Positions 1 through 13,587 of a stretch of 64,000 nt of DNA are shown piece after piece. Numbering within the stretch: position 1 is the stretch's first letter; each line of letters begins with the position of its first letter. Made by a program: the position numbers and the translations under genes. The stretch comes from Sulfurospirillaceae bacterium (GTDB taxonomy: Bacteria > Campylobacterota > Campylobacteria > Campylobacterales > Sulfurospirillaceae). The notes under the pieces are model-generated. The model had not been told where the DNA came from, ran no database searches, and saw only the letters and a list, made by a program, of their open reading frames with translations. The stretch spans positions 256,001 to 320,000 of the forward strand of contig JAWVXD010000001.1 in assembly GCA_033723415.1 (NCBI GenBank), in the 5' to 3' direction.

Positions 1-104
1 AAGAAGAAGCCGAAGAGAGCTTGAAACTCTATGATGAGATCGTGGAGCAGATGAATAACTTAGATATAAGCCCTGAAGAGGGAGACAGCAACTATGCAAC
101 CTGA
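1..104 (+). CDS. hypC: Hydrogenase maturation chaperone HypC, 3' fragment (truncated by window edge)
   Basis: Frame 3 reads EEAEESLKLYDEIVEQM...NYAT* (TGA 102-104) and overlaps the hypD start; HypC-like C-terminus and hypC-D-E order. Confidence 0.75.
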   Translation, partial: EEAEESLKLYDEIVEQMNNLDISPEEGDSNYAT

Positions 105-1212
105 TTTGATCGAGAGTTTTAGAAATCCCGAACATATTAAAGCCCTGGCGGCTCTCATAAAAAAAGAATGCAAAACAAAGCTCAATGTTATGGAAGTCTG
201 CGGGGGGCATACGCATACGATTATGAAATTTGGATTACCTCAGATTTTGCCCGATCTCATAGAGTTTATCCACGGTCCGGGCTGTCCTGTTTGTATCATG
301 CCAAAAGAGCGGATCGATCACGCCATCGCTCTGGCTTCTATGGACAATACGATACTTGCGACACTAGGAGATATGATACGAGTACCGGGAAGTAAAACGT
401 CACTGCAGAAACTTCGAGCCGAGGGCAAAGATATACGCTCTTTGTATTCGCCACTTGATGTTATAAAAATAGCTAAAGAAAATCCCGATAAAAAAGTTGT
501 ATTTTTTGCGATAGGTTTTGAGACGACAACTCCGATGACATCGGTTTTGATAGATGAAGCACTCAAAGCAGATTTGAAAAATCTCTATTTTCACATCAAT
601 CACGTCAGTGTCCCCGAACCCATAGATGCCATCATGTCAAGCGGTGATTCAAGAATTCATGCCTTTTTAGGGCCTTCTCATGTGAGTGTCATCACGGGTT
701 ATGGGATATTTGAGCCTATAGTTGAACAGTACAAGACTCCTATAGTCGTAGCAGGGTTTGAACCGGTCGATGTCATGGAAGCTTTATTGATGTTGGTACG
801 ACAAGTCAATAATGGTGAGCAAAAAGTAGAAAATCAATACAAGCGTGCCGTCTCCAAAGAGGGCAATGTCAAAGCACAAAATCTCATCAACCGTTACATG
901 AAAAAACGAAACCATTTCAGATGGAGAGGTATCGGAGATATTGCAAACAGTGCGTTGAAGTTGAGAGATGAATTTTCACATTTGGATGCTGAAGTCGCTT
1001 TTGACGAAATCTTGCCAAAAGGCAAGATAGACGACCACAAACTTTGTATTTGCGGCGATATACTCAAAGGCAACGCCAAACCTTTTGACTGTAAAGTATT
1101 TGGCAAAGCTTGTGTACCAAGCAATCCTATGGGTTCTTGCATGGTTTCCAGCGAGGGTGCCTGTGCCGCTTATTATAAATACGGTAAATTTACCGGAAAA
1201 GGTATGAAATAA
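94..1212 (+). CDS. hypD: Hydrogenase maturation protein HypD
   Basis: MEVCGGHTH, GPGCPVC, GFETT and GSCMVSSEGACAAYY motifs. Confidence 0.97.
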   Translation: MQPDLIESFRNPEHIKALAALIKKECKTKLNVMEVCGGHTHTIMKFGLPQILPDLIEFIHGPGCPVCIMPKERIDHAIALASMDNTILATLGDMIRVPGSKTSLQKLRAEGKDIRSLYSPLDVIKIAKENPDKKVVFFAIGFETTTPMTSVLIDEALKADLKNLYFHINHVSVPEPIDAIMSSGDSRIHAFLGPSHVSVITGYGIFEPIVEQYKTPIVVAGFEPVDVMEALLMLVRQVNNGEQKVENQYKRAVSKEGNVKAQNLINRYMKKRNHFRWRGIGDIANSALKLRDEFSHLDAEVAFDEILPKGKIDDHKLCICGDILKGNAKPFDCKVFGKACVPSNPMGSCMVSSEGACAAYYKYGKFTGKGMK

Positions 1213-2219
1213 TGAGTCATAGAAAGATCATGTTATCTCAAGGCGGCGGCGGTGAAGAGACGCAAAGCTTGATCAAAGAACTTTTTTTCAAATATTTTGA
1301 CAATGAAATTTTATTAAAAATGGAAGATGCGGCAGTTTTGAGCTTAAACTCTAAAAAAATAGCGTTTACTACGGATTCCTTTACCGTAAGCCCGATCTTT
1401 TTCAATGGCGGTAATATAGGCAAACTTGCCATCGCCGGTACGGTCAACGACATTGCCATGATGGGAGCTAAACCGTTGTATCTGACGTGCTCATTTATGA
1501 TAGAAGAGGGTTTCTCTTATGATGAGCTCGAGAGTATCGTCAAAAGCATGAGCGAAGAGCTAAAAGTAAGCGGCGCTAAAATCGTCTCAGGAGATACAAA
1601 AGTGGTTCCAAAGGGCGGCGTTGACGGGCTCTTTATCAACACTTCGGGAATCGGCGAGATCATGATGGAACATATCTCTGCGCATAACCTCTCAAACGGC
1701 GATTCGATCATCGTCTCCAACGAAGTCGGTAATCACGGAGCTTGTATCTTGGCAAAGAGAGAAGATATACAACTTGAAACTGAACTAAAAACAGACTGTG
1801 CTACGCTTTGGCCTATGATCGAAGCGATGATAGAAGAGGGTGTGAAAATCAAGTCGCTTAGAGATGCTACACGTGGCGGATTGAGTGCGGTGTTAAATGA
1901 ATGGTGTGAGACTTCGGGTGTTTGTATCGAAGTCGATGAAGATAAAATTCCTGTTTCAAATGAAGTTAAAGGTATCTGTGAAATGTTGGGATTTGAGCCT
2001 TATGAATTTGCAAATGAAGGCACGATGCTTATCTGCGTAGAAGCCGGAGAAGAAGAAAAAGCCTTAAATATCCTGAGGAAGTTTGATAAAACACATAAAG
2101 CTTCTTTGATCGGAAAAGTATCTAACAAATACAACAATAAAGTCATCCTCAATACGCCTTGGGGCAGTAGTCGCTACTTAGAGCCTCCAAAAGGCGAGCT
2201 TTTGCCGAGGATCTGCTGA
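1212..2219 (+). CDS. hypE: Carbamoyl dehydratase HypE
   Basis: GGGG N-terminus, TTDSFTV, RDATRGG, C-terminal LPRIC. Confidence 0.97.
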   Translation: MSHRKIMLSQGGGGEETQSLIKELFFKYFDNEILLKMEDAAVLSLNSKKIAFTTDSFTVSPIFFNGGNIGKLAIAGTVNDIAMMGAKPLYLTCSFMIEEGFSYDELESIVKSMSEELKVSGAKIVSGDTKVVPKGGVDGLFINTSGIGEIMMEHISAHNLSNGDSIIVSNEVGNHGACILAKREDIQLETELKTDCATLWPMIEAMIEEGVKIKSLRDATRGGLSAVLNEWCETSGVCIEVDEDKIPVSNEVKGICEMLGFEPYEFANEGTMLICVEAGEEEKALNILRKFDKTHKASLIGKVSNKYNNKVILNTPWGSSRYLEPPKGELLPRIC

Positions 2220-2560
2220 TGCACGAATATTCTATAGTCAGTTCGCTTATTGAGATGTGCGAAGAGCATGCCAAGAAAGAAAACGCAACAAGGATCACAA
2301 AAGTAGAAGTAAAGATAGGAAAACTAAGCGGAGTAGAGCCTTATTTACTTGAGAGTGCTTTTGAAACGTTTAAAGAAAAATCGATATGTGATAAGGCAGA
2401 GTTTGTCATGAATATACAAGATGTTGTAGTCTATTGTCATAATTGCGAGAGAGAATTTGTGCTGGAAAAAAATGAATTTTTTTGTCCTGATTGCAGAAGT
2501 TTGGATATTAAAACAATAGACGGAACTGATATGTATTTGATGAAAATTGAGATGGAATAG
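2219..2560 (+). CDS. hypA: Nickel metallochaperone HypA
   Basis: MHEYSI start, two CxxC motifs. Confidence 0.96.
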   Translation: MHEYSIVSSLIEMCEEHAKKENATRITKVEVKIGKLSGVEPYLLESAFETFKEKSICDKAEFVMNIQDVVVYCHNCEREFVLEKNEFFCPDCRSLDIKTIDGTDMYLMKIEME

Positions 2561-2604
2561 CTGTTTATTTATGATATAATTTTCGCGTTTGAAAAGGATT
2601 ATAC

Positions 2605-3099
2605 ATGATTAAACAATTTAGAGTGGCCGAAATAGATGATTTGCCCGAAATAATAAATATTTATAATGATGCAATTAATGATGGCATATCTACAGTACAC
2701 AGTGACATAATAACACCGGATAATAAAATTGAATGGTTCAAGTCTCATGACAAAGACACAAGACCGATTTTAGTAAAAGAATATAAAAATAAAATAATAT
2801 CTTGGATAGATTTTCAGCCTTTTGATGAAAATGCGGCATATAAAAACAGTGCTAGGGTCAGTATTTATATAGAGAGAAATTTTAGAGGCCAGAAACTTGG
2901 TCAAAAGTTTTTGCAAGAAGCTATAGATAAAGCTGATATTTACGGTATAAAAACACTTTTGGCATATATCTTTTCCGATAATATAGCAAGTTTAAAATTA
3001 TTTAAAAAGATGCATTTTAGAGAGTGGGGACATTTCCCAAATATTGCTCAAATCAACAATGAAAGCAAAGATTTGATCATCCTAGGGTGTTCTATTTAA
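2605..3099 (+). CDS. GNAT N-acetyltransferase (phosphinothricin/YncA-like)
   Basis: IYN..I, SIYI...RGQKLG, N.ASLKLFKK motifs. Confidence 0.85.
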   Translation: MIKQFRVAEIDDLPEIINIYNDAINDGISTVHSDIITPDNKIEWFKSHDKDTRPILVKEYKNKIISWIDFQPFDENAAYKNSARVSIYIERNFRGQKLGQKFLQEAIDKADIYGIKTLLAYIFSDNIASLKLFKKMHFREWGHFPNIAQINNESKDLIILGCSI

Positions 3100-5620
3100 A
3101 AAGTTTAAAAGGAGATTCTATAGCTCTTTTAAAAATATTTACTGGAGTCATAACGGAATCTTTGAACATTTGAGTCTTGATCTGCGGATTTGTCAAGGCT
3201 CCTGTTACTTTTATGTTGGTAGAGATACTTTTGTCATCACCTAGAACGATGTAGCCTAGTAGCGGTATGTTTTTTACAACATTACTGACGTCTTTAAGAG
3301 TTTTGACCTGCAAATCCAAATCTATACTTTTGCTATCTAGATTTATATATCCATATCCTGATATATCAGTATTATAGCCATGTAATTCAATTTTACTAAA
3401 AGAGACTATTTGATTGATCCGTTTAAAATCAATTTCTCCATCTTTTATAACATATCCGTTTTCATTGAAGCTTGGGTTTCGAAGTAGGACCAAGGAAGGT
3501 ATTGTATTGATTATGGCCATCATATTATTAAATACGGAAGATCCCACAAGAGTAGAATCGCTTATATAAACTTTGCCATCAAATATACCTTCATTGCTTC
3601 CATTGACAGTTAGCACAAATGAACCGTCTTTGAAAATATCACTGTTTAGGGCTTTGTTTACAAATGTATCATTAAGTTTTGTGGCTTCAAGTGAAAAATT
3701 GCCGTTATATTCTTCATATCCTATTTGAGAATTTTTGTATATGCTTATGAAACTAGTGTGTTTCTTTTCTATATTTAGAGTAAAATGATCGCTTAATATT
3801 GTTGAATTAAAATCTTTTATTTTAAAATTTACATTTTTACCATTTATTAAAATCATATTTTTGGCATTGCTCTGGTGATTCATGTCAGCAACTCTGATAT
3901 CTAAATCTGCTAGATTTACCACCAAGTCCTTATCATAGAAAAGTTGGAGTTTTTTGTCATTTGTAAATGCTTTTATCTTATCTGCTTTTGTACTTATATT
4001 GATATCTAGGTCTTTGATGTTTTTATTTTTATAGTAAAAAGGCGTGGATACATCATCAAGTTTTAAATTTGCATCAAAATTTTGGAATTTTTTTGTTTTT
4101 ATCTCAACCTTACCCGTACTAAGATTATAATCTTTTATAAGTGGTGAAAAATCTTTGTATTTTGAAATGTCATCTATCTTTATTTTATTATTATTTGGTG
4201 CAAAGGACAGTGTAGTGTTTAAGTCATGAAATGAGAATATACTTGTGTTTTTATTTAGCATAAGGCTAAAAGGCTGATTTCGTAAGTTTTTTATTGCCAA
4301 GAGAGATTTATTTTTTAATCCTATATTCAATGCATTGATATTTGCAAATCCATCATATTCTTTAGTATTTGTGTTAAATACTCCTGTGGTATTTGCATTG
4401 AAAATATTTTTATAGCTTATGTTGCTGTTTGTGATAAATACTCTGTTATTATCAAGTCTGATTTTTGCATGTTTTGTAAAGAAATCAACTCCTTCTATAT
4501 TTAAAAGGGAATTTTCAACCAGAAAGTTCCCTTTTGCGTTTATTGCGTATGGATAAAATTTTATATCCAAAGCGATATGAGATTTATTTGTACCGCTTTT
4601 TTGCGTTATAGGTAGATTGATTTTAAATGCTTGCAGTATAGATTGAACAGGCTGATCTAGCAATGAAGTAGAATTTAGATCCACAATGATACCTGTATTT
4701 GTTGTTAAAAGATTATATATATGTATGTCATTGACGTGAATTTTTTTCTTTTCATAGGTAGGATTTGTTAGTTTAAAAGAAAGTGTATTGTCATTGAGTT
4801 CTACATTTATCTTATCAGCAATAGCAGGAGTGACGTTCGGATGAAATTTGATAGTAGCATCTTTGACTGTGGCATCTCCTTTCATGAGAAAAGGGAAAAA
4901 CTCTTCTGTTTTTAGATTAAACATGCCTTCTAAATGATTGAGTTTATACTCTTTTGCAACAATATTTTTATATATCCATGCACTGACAATTGGTTCTATA
5001 TAAACTTTTGATTCTATATATTTCATAATTGGAGCAAGAGTTGCAAAGTTTTGAGTACTTATTCGGTAGTAAACTTTTTCTTTTTCCATATAAAGGTTTA
5101 GCTTGCCATTGATATTTAAAATATCAAACTTGCCGGCATAATTATAGATATTTTTCTTCATATCCAAGATTACTTTTCCTGACAGTTCCATACCATAATC
5201 TTTCAATATCATTTGCTTCAGGTCGATATCCAAATTACCTTTGTTTACTTCTTTTAGTCTAGCATCTATGGTCAGATAATTACTGTTTAGATAAAAAATA
5301 TCATTCTTATACAAGATATTCACGATTTCATTTTCATATTTAATGTTTTTTAGTGAGATCATTTGAAAAAATTGGTTTAAGTATTTTCCATATTTTGCAA
5401 GTTTATAAATCTCATACGTCGAGTTTTTGGCGCGTGATTCTCTTTTTATCTCTATTTGATTTGCTTCAACAATTAATTTTTTATCTAATTTTATATATAA
5501 TTCTCTAATTTTTAATTTTGGCATACTGATAGATTCTATATTTATGCCATGCATTAAAGATAAAATTAGTATGATAAGAGTTAATATGATAACTAAGAAA
5601 GCTACCCAGATTTTTCTCAT
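3092..5620 (-). CDS. AsmA-like/YhdP-type (DUF3971) envelope protein
   Basis: N-terminal TM helix, long beta-rich body, C-terminal IPLLGYIVLG..ISTNIKVTG.LTNP; start moved to ATG 5620 (uncertain). Confidence 0.75.
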   Translation of the reverse strand: MRKIWVAFLVIILTLIILILSLMHGINIESISMPKLKIRELYIKLDKKLIVEANQIEIKRESRAKNSTYEIYKLAKYGKYLNQFFQMISLKNIKYENEIVNILYKNDIFYLNSNYLTIDARLKEVNKGNLDIDLKQMILKDYGMELSGKVILDMKKNIYNYAGKFDILNINGKLNLYMEKEKVYYRISTQNFATLAPIMKYIESKVYIEPIVSAWIYKNIVAKEYKLNHLEGMFNLKTEEFFPFLMKGDATVKDATIKFHPNVTPAIADKINVELNDNTLSFKLTNPTYEKKKIHVNDIHIYNLLTTNTGIIVDLNSTSLLDQPVQSILQAFKINLPITQKSGTNKSHIALDIKFYPYAINAKGNFLVENSLLNIEGVDFFTKHAKIRLDNNRVFITNSNISYKNIFNANTTGVFNTNTKEYDGFANINALNIGLKNKSLLAIKNLRNQPFSLMLNKNTSIFSFHDLNTTLSFAPNNNKIKIDDISKYKDFSPLIKDYNLSTGKVEIKTKKFQNFDANLKLDDVSTPFYYKNKNIKDLDINISTKADKIKAFTNDKKLQLFYDKDLVVNLADLDIRVADMNHQSNAKNMILINGKNVNFKIKDFNSTILSDHFTLNIEKKHTSFISIYKNSQIGYEEYNGNFSLEATKLNDTFVNKALNSDIFKDGSFVLTVNGSNEGIFDGKVYISDSTLVGSSVFNNMMAIINTIPSLVLLRNPSFNENGYVIKDGEIDFKRINQIVSFSKIELHGYNTDISGYGYINLDSKSIDLDLQVKTLKDVSNVVKNIPLLGYIVLGDDKSISTNIKVTGALTNPQIKTQMFKDSVMTPVNIFKRAIESPFKLFK

Positions 5621-6533
5621 AATATGTGATGTGATTTTAATTATCATTTTGTCGCTTGTCTTTCATATGGCCAGTCCAATAAATTCTTCAAAAGTTGTAT
5701 ATATACCAAAAGGTTCTGTATCTCAAATTATATCATACTTGCAAGAAAATAATTTTGCTATTTCAAAAAAAGTTGATAAATATCTCTTATATTTTATAGG
5801 ACAACCGCAATATGGGTGGATTGATATTGGATCAACTGAGTTAACAAGGGCCGACTTCTTTTACAAGCTATCTCATGCAAAGGCAGCTATCAAGATACTG
5901 ACTCTTATCCCCGGAGAAACTACAGCAATATTTTTAGAAAACTGTGCTAAAGAATTCAATCTTTCTTATGAAAAACTATATAATTTATTTGATAAGATCT
6001 CTCCATATAAAGAAGGATTATTGATCCCTGACACCTATAATATCCCTATGGGCATAAGTGAAAAACATCTGATATATTATCTTGTAAATGAGAGCGAAAA
6101 ACGTCAAAAAGAAAATTCATATAAAATATTCGGTGAATATAGACAGTCTAGATGGTATAAATATTTGATTGTTGCATCTATAATCCAAAAAGAATCTGCC
6201 AATAAAAATGAAATGCCGATTGTCTCTTCCGTTATCTATAACAGACTGAAAAAGAACATGAGATTGCAGATGGATGGCGCCTTAAATTACGGCTTGTATT
6301 CTCATAAAAAAGTTACCCCTCAAAGAATTAAAGAAGATAAAACTAAGTATAATACTTATAAATGGGCAGGTTTACCGGATGACCCTGTTTGCAATGTCGG
6401 TATGGATGCTATTGCAGCTGCAATATTTCCTAAAAAAACGAACTATTTATATTTTGTAAAAAACAAAGAAGGAGTGCATTCTTTTTCCGAAACATTTAGT
6501 CAACATAAAATGAATGTTAAAAAGTTGCATTAA
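5586..6533 (+). CDS. mltG: Endolytic transglycosylase MltG
   Basis: ASIIQKES, VIYNRL..M.LQMDG, YNTY...GLP, YLYFV; start moved to ATG 5586 (uncertain). Confidence 0.92.
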   Translation: MITKKATQIFLIICDVILIIILSLVFHMASPINSSKVVYIPKGSVSQIISYLQENNFAISKKVDKYLLYFIGQPQYGWIDIGSTELTRADFFYKLSHAKAAIKILTLIPGETTAIFLENCAKEFNLSYEKLYNLFDKISPYKEGLLIPDTYNIPMGISEKHLIYYLVNESEKRQKENSYKIFGEYRQSRWYKYLIVASIIQKESANKNEMPIVSSVIYNRLKKNMRLQMDGALNYGLYSHKKVTPQRIKEDKTKYNTYKWAGLPDDPVCNVGMDAIAAAIFPKKTNYLYFVKNKEGVHSFSETFSQHKMNVKKLH

Positions 6534-6660
6534 TGTAATTATTTTAGAATTATTTCTATTATTTTTATAAATTAATTAGAATTTTATAATTATTTTTATA
6601 CATTAAAATGATACTATAACCAATACTTGTTTTTGCAGGTCTTGATTATGCTATCCATAA

Positions 6661-8913
<2,253 letters not shown>

Positions 8914-8947
8914 AGAATTTATATAGAGATTACTTGAAGGAGACAAA

Positions 8948-9919
8948 ATGAGTATCAATAGTAAAGTGTCTATTATAGGAGCAGGCGGCAATGTCGGTGG
9001 AATTGTTGCGTACTCTATAGCTATGCAAGGGTTAGCGCATCAAGTGATCTTAGTAGATAGAGATATGGACAGAGCTAGAGGAAAAGCACTGGACATGAAT
9101 CAAGCAGCTGCAGCTATGAGATCACACTCAGTAGTTAGAGCAGCTGAGAGTTACGAAGATGTAAGAGACAGCAAGATTGTTGTCATTACGGCTGGATTTC
9201 CAAGAAAAGAAGGTATGAGTAGAGACGATTTGCTGATTAAAAATGCAGAGATCATGAGGGAAGTCATAGCACAAGTCAAAGTTGTGGCACCAGATTGCAT
9301 TTTAATCATCGTTTCTAATCCTCTGGATATTATGACATATGTTGCTCTAAAAGAATCCGGTTTCCCAAAAGAGAGAGTCATTGGAATGGCAGGTATATTG
9401 GATAGCTCTAGAATGACACATTTTATCCAAGAAAAACTAGGATTCGGTGCGGGACAAATAAGAGCCAGTGTTATTGGCGGACATGGAGATACTATGGTCT
9501 TGCTTCCAAGATTTTCTACCGTTGCAGGAGTTCCTCTTCATGATCTTCTCAGTGATGCCGAGATCGAAGAGATCGTAACTAAAACCAAACATGGAGGGGC
9601 AGAGATCGTAAAATATCTTGGCACTTCTGCTTATCTTGCACCTGGTAAAGGTGCTGCTATCATGATAGAGTCTATTTTAAGAGATTCTAAAAAGATATAT
9701 TCTTGTTCAACACTATTAGAAGGTGAATACGGATACTCAAATGTGACTACGGGTGTCCCTGTCATGCTTGGAGCTAACGGTGCGGAGAGGATAATAAAAG
9801 TTACTCTGGATCGTTGTGAAAAGCAACAGTTTGATAATAGTGTAACAGCAGTTAAAAACATAATAGATGTATTATATAAAAATAATTTTTTCGGGGAGGA
9901 AAAATATGAGAGAGATTAA
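8948..9919 (+). CDS. mdh: Malate dehydrogenase (LDH-like)
   Basis: IGAGG, TAG.PRKEGMSRDDL, GMAG.LD, GGHGD; TCA cluster context. Confidence 0.93.
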   Translation: MSINSKVSIIGAGGNVGGIVAYSIAMQGLAHQVILVDRDMDRARGKALDMNQAAAAMRSHSVVRAAESYEDVRDSKIVVITAGFPRKEGMSRDDLLIKNAEIMREVIAQVKVVAPDCILIIVSNPLDIMTYVALKESGFPKERVIGMAGILDSSRMTHFIQEKLGFGAGQIRASVIGGHGDTMVLLPRFSTVAGVPLHDLLSDAEIEEIVTKTKHGGAEIVKYLGTSAYLAPGKGAAIMIESILRDSKKIYSCSTLLEGEYGYSNVTTGVPVMLGANGAERIIKVTLDRCEKQQFDNSVTAVKNIIDVLYKNNFFGEEKYERD

Positions 9920-10757
9920 GTATGATGACATTGTCAAAACTATTCGTGACACTATCATCTATAGCGGTACTGTTTTACCAAAAGATGCATACAAAGCTTT
10001 GAGCGATGCTCATGAAAATGAAAAAAGCCCAGTATGTAAAGAGGTTTTGAGACAACTTTTAGAAAATGCAGACATTGCTGCAAATGAAACAAAACCTTTA
10101 TGTCAAGATACTGGATTGGCAGTTTTTTTTGTTAAAGTAGGAGAAGACGTAAAAGTAGTTGGCGGCTCACTTAAAGCTGCTATCAACGAAGGAACTAGAC
10201 AAGGTTATACAGATGGTTATCTTAGAGCATCGACTTGCCATTGGGATACAAGAGCGAATCTCAAAGATGAGATAGGTTACAATTTACCTGCTGTCATTCA
10301 CTTTGATTTGGTAGAAGGTGATGAGTTAGAGATAGAATACGCTGCAAAAGGCGGTGGAAGTGAAAACGTAAGTCGTGCTATAGTATTGGCTCCTGCGAAA
10401 GGAAGAGCCGGTATAGTTGAATTTGTTAAGCAAGTTATCTCAGATGCAGGTCCGAATCCTTGCCCACCGCTTACGGTTGGAGTCGGAATCGGCGGTACAT
10501 TTGAAAAAGCAGCAGTTTCAAGTAAACACGCATTATTTAGAACGCTCGGAAGTAAAAATGAAGATCCTACCCTTGATTCTATGGAACAAGAATTATTGAC
10601 TGAATTAAATAAACTTGGAATCGGTGCTATGGGTATGGGCGGTACTCAAACAGTTTTAGGCGTACATATAGAAAAAAACCCTTGCCATATAGCAAGTTTG
10701 CCGGTTAGCGTCAATGTACAATGCCACAGCAGTAGACATACTGTTATAAAACTTTAA
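9906..10757 (+). CDS. Class I fumarate hydratase, alpha subunit
   Basis: PLCQDTG, KGGGSEN, NPCPP, HIASLPV..QCH; start ATG 9906 after GGAGG. Confidence 0.9.
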   Translation: MREIKYDDIVKTIRDTIIYSGTVLPKDAYKALSDAHENEKSPVCKEVLRQLLENADIAANETKPLCQDTGLAVFFVKVGEDVKVVGGSLKAAINEGTRQGYTDGYLRASTCHWDTRANLKDEIGYNLPAVIHFDLVEGDELEIEYAAKGGGSENVSRAIVLAPAKGRAGIVEFVKQVISDAGPNPCPPLTVGVGIGGTFEKAAVSSKHALFRTLGSKNEDPTLDSMEQELLTELNKLGIGAMGMGGTQTVLGVHIEKNPCHIASLPVSVNVQCHSSRHTVIKL

Positions 10758-10767
10758 GGAGTACGCC

Positions 10768-11328
10768 ATGAGTAAAACATATCATTTAACAGCTCCTCTA
10801 AGCGATGCGGATGTTGTTCAGCTAAAAGTAGGGGATATCGTATATTTAAGCGGGATCATTTACACAGCAAGAGATGCAGCACACAAAAAATTGGTTGATT
10901 TATTGGATGCAGGAAAAGAATTGCCTTTCGATATGAAAGGTGCAGTTATATATTTTGTCGGACCTACTCCTCCAAAACCAGGTGATCCTATAGGAAGTGC
11001 CGGACCGACTACAAGCTATAGAATGGATTCTTATTCTCCTAGGCTTATCAGCATAGGACAAAAAGGGATGATCGGTAAAGGGAAAAGAAATCAAGAAGTC
11101 ATAGATGCTTGTGTTAAGCATAAAGCTATATACTTTGGTGCTACAGGCGGTGCCGGTGCTTTGTTGGCTCGTCAGATCAAAAGTGCAGAAGTTATAGCAT
11201 ATCCTGAACTTGGACCTGAAGCAATCAGAAAATTAGAAGTAGTTGATTTCCCGTTGACAGTAGTTAATGACTCTTACGGAGATGACCTATATAAGATAGG
11301 TCGCGCTCAATACGAGATAAAAGCTTAA
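10768..11328 (+). CDS. Class I fumarate hydratase, beta subunit
   Basis: TARDAAHK, GPTTSYRM, MIGKG, ELGPEAI. Confidence 0.9.
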   Translation: MSKTYHLTAPLSDADVVQLKVGDIVYLSGIIYTARDAAHKKLVDLLDAGKELPFDMKGAVIYFVGPTPPKPGDPIGSAGPTTSYRMDSYSPRLISIGQKGMIGKGKRNQEVIDACVKHKAIYFGATGGAGALLARQIKSAEVIAYPELGPEAIRKLEVVDFPLTVVNDSYGDDLYKIGRAQYEIKA

Positions 11329-11337
11329 TTAAATCAT

Positions 11338-11373
11338 AGTTTAAGCGCAATAGTTTTTATATGCGCTTAAACT
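11338..11373 (+). terminator. Stem-loop after fumarase genes, probable terminator
   Basis: 12-bp perfect inverted repeat AGTTTAAGCGCA/TGCGCTTAAACT. Confidence 0.6.
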
Positions 11374-11530
11374 TAAATTTTTATAAATATATTTTATACA
11401 AATATATTTTATTAATAAATATAGAAAAAAAATTATAAAGTTACGGAAATATTTTTGTTTGCTAGATTAATAAATAAAGGCATTCGCCGTTTTATTTATT
11501 AATGTGCTAATCAATTAATTAGGAGACTAT

Positions 11531-12703
11531 ATGAATATTCACGAATATCAGGCAAAAGAGATTTTCGCTAAATATAATGTACCTGTTCCCAGAGGAAAAG
11601 TTGCATTTAGTGTTGATGAGGCAGTTCAAAATGCAAAAGAACTCGGTGGTAAGATATGGGTTGTAAAAGCTCAAATACATGCAGGAGGACGAGGACTGGG
11701 AGGTGGTGTTAAGCTTGCTAAAAGCCTTGATGAAGTTAAAGCTTTGGCTTCTGAAATACTTGGCATGACCTTAGTGACTCACCAAACTGGACCAGAAGGT
11801 AAACTAGTTCAAAAAGTTTATATAGAAGAGGGTGCAGATATAGCTGATGAGCTTTATCTTGGGGTTGTCTTAGATAGAGCAAAAGAGATGCCTGTAATCA
11901 TGGCTTCAACTGAAGGTGGTATGGAAATAGAAAAAGTAGCTGCTGAAACTCCAGACAAAATTGTAAAAGTAGCAGTTGACCCGACCATCGGTTTTCAAGG
12001 TTTTCATGGTAGAGAATTAGCATTTGGTCTTGGACTTCCAAAAGAAGAAATAGGCAAATTTATAAAATTTGCTGCAGCTTTATATAAAGTTTATATGGAA
12101 AATGACGCTGAAATGATCGAAATCAATCCACTTGTCAAAACTGGTTCCGGTGACTTTATCGCACTAGACGGTAAGATGGGATTTGATGATTCAGCACTTG
12201 GAAGACATCCTGATATTGAAGCTATGAGAGATATAAGTGAAGAAGACGCTGATGAGAGAGAAGCGGGAAAATATGGACTCAGTTATGTTTCACTTGACGG
12301 TGAGATAGGTTGTATGGTAAATGGTGCAGGACTTGCAATGGGTACTATGGATACTATCAACTACATGGGTGGAACGCCTGCAAACTTCCTTGATGTCGGT
12401 GGAAAAGCAAATGCAGAAACAGTAGCAAAAGGTTTTGAAATTATTTTAAAAAATCCAAATGTCAAAGCAATTTTTGTAAATATTTTCGGTGGAATCGTAA
12501 GATGTGACAGAATTGCAAACGGAATTTTGGAAGCTACTAAAATGGTAAACGTTCATGTGCCGGTAATTGTTAGACTTGACGGTACAAATGCACCGGAAGC
12601 GGCAGAAATTTTAAGAAATGCAAATATAAGCAACGTAATCGCAGCAACTGATCTAGGTGATGGCGCAGCAAAAGCCGTAAAAGCTGCTAAGGGAGAGATA
12701 TAA
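11531..12703 (+). CDS. sucC: Succinyl-CoA synthetase beta subunit
   Basis: [36 protein letters not shown]. Confidence 0.98.
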   Translation: MNIHEYQAKEIFAKYNVPVPRGKVAFSVDEAVQNAKELGGKIWVVKAQIHAGGRGLGGGVKLAKSLDEVKALASEILGMTLVTHQTGPEGKLVQKVYIEEGADIADELYLGVVLDRAKEMPVIMASTEGGMEIEKVAAETPDKIVKVAVDPTIGFQGFHGRELAFGLGLPKEEIGKFIKFAAALYKVYMENDAEMIEINPLVKTGSGDFIALDGKMGFDDSALGRHPDIEAMRDISEEDADEREAGKYGLSYVSLDGEIGCMVNGAGLAMGTMDTINYMGGTPANFLDVGGKANAETVAKGFEIILKNPNVKAIFVNIFGGIVRCDRIANGILEATKMVNVHVPVIVRLDGTNAPEAAEILRNANISNVIAATDLGDGAAKAVKAAKGEI

Positions 12704-13575
12704 TGAGTATACTAGTAAATAAAGACACAAAAGTAATAGTTCAGGGTTTCACTGGCAAAGAAGGTACATTTCACGCTGAACAATGTATCGCATACGGCAC
12801 AAAAATTGTTGGTGGTGTAACTCCAAACAAAGGTGGACAAACTCACCTAGATTTACCGGTTTTTAATACAGTATCAGAAGCAGTTGCAGCAACAGGTGCA
12901 ACGGTCAGTATGATCTTTGTTCCACCTGCTTTTGTAGGTGATGCAGTTATGGAAGCCGCAGATGCCGGAATCGATCTAGCTGTGATCATTACAGAAGGCG
13001 CTCCTGTTAGAGATATGATGATGGCAAAAGCATATGCTGTTAAAAAGAATATGAAAACAATAGGACCAAACTGCCCGGGAATCATCACGGCAGAAGAGTG
13101 TAAGATAGGAATTATGCCGGGTATGGTATTTAAAAAAGGAAAAGTTGGACTTATATCAAAATCCGGAACACTTACATATGAAGGTGCAAACCAAGTATGT
13201 AAAGAAGGTTTTGGTATTACAACAGCTGTTGGAATCGGTGGAGATCCTATTATCGGTCTCAGCTATAAACAACTTTTACCGCTTTTTGAAGCAGATCCTG
13301 AAACTGAAGCTATCGTAATGATAGGAGAAATCGGTGGAGATCTTGAGATTCAAGCAGCAGCATTTATAAAAGAAAATATAACAAAACCGGTTGTTGCTTT
13401 CATCGCGGGTCAAACTGCGCCAAAAGGTAAAAGAATGGGACATGCAGGCGCTATTATTAGCGGAAGTGCAGGAACAGCTGCTGAAAAAATGGCAGCGCTT
13501 GAAGAAGCTGGAGTTTTTGTTGTGAAGTCTCCTGCCGAAATTGGCGCAAAAGTTGCCCAAGTATTAAAAAAGTAA
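12703..13575 (+). CDS. sucD: Succinyl-CoA synthetase alpha subunit
   Basis: QGFTG, GPNCPG, RMGHAGA. Confidence 0.98.
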   Translation: MSILVNKDTKVIVQGFTGKEGTFHAEQCIAYGTKIVGGVTPNKGGQTHLDLPVFNTVSEAVAATGATVSMIFVPPAFVGDAVMEAADAGIDLAVIITEGAPVRDMMMAKAYAVKKNMKTIGPNCPGIITAEECKIGIMPGMVFKKGKVGLISKSGTLTYEGANQVCKEGFGITTAVGIGGDPIIGLSYKQLLPLFEADPETEAIVMIGEIGGDLEIQAAAFIKENITKPVVAFIAGQTAPKGKRMGHAGAIISGSAGTAAEKMAALEEAGVFVVKSPAEIGAKVAQVLKK

Positions 13576-13587
13576 GGAGAAATTAAT

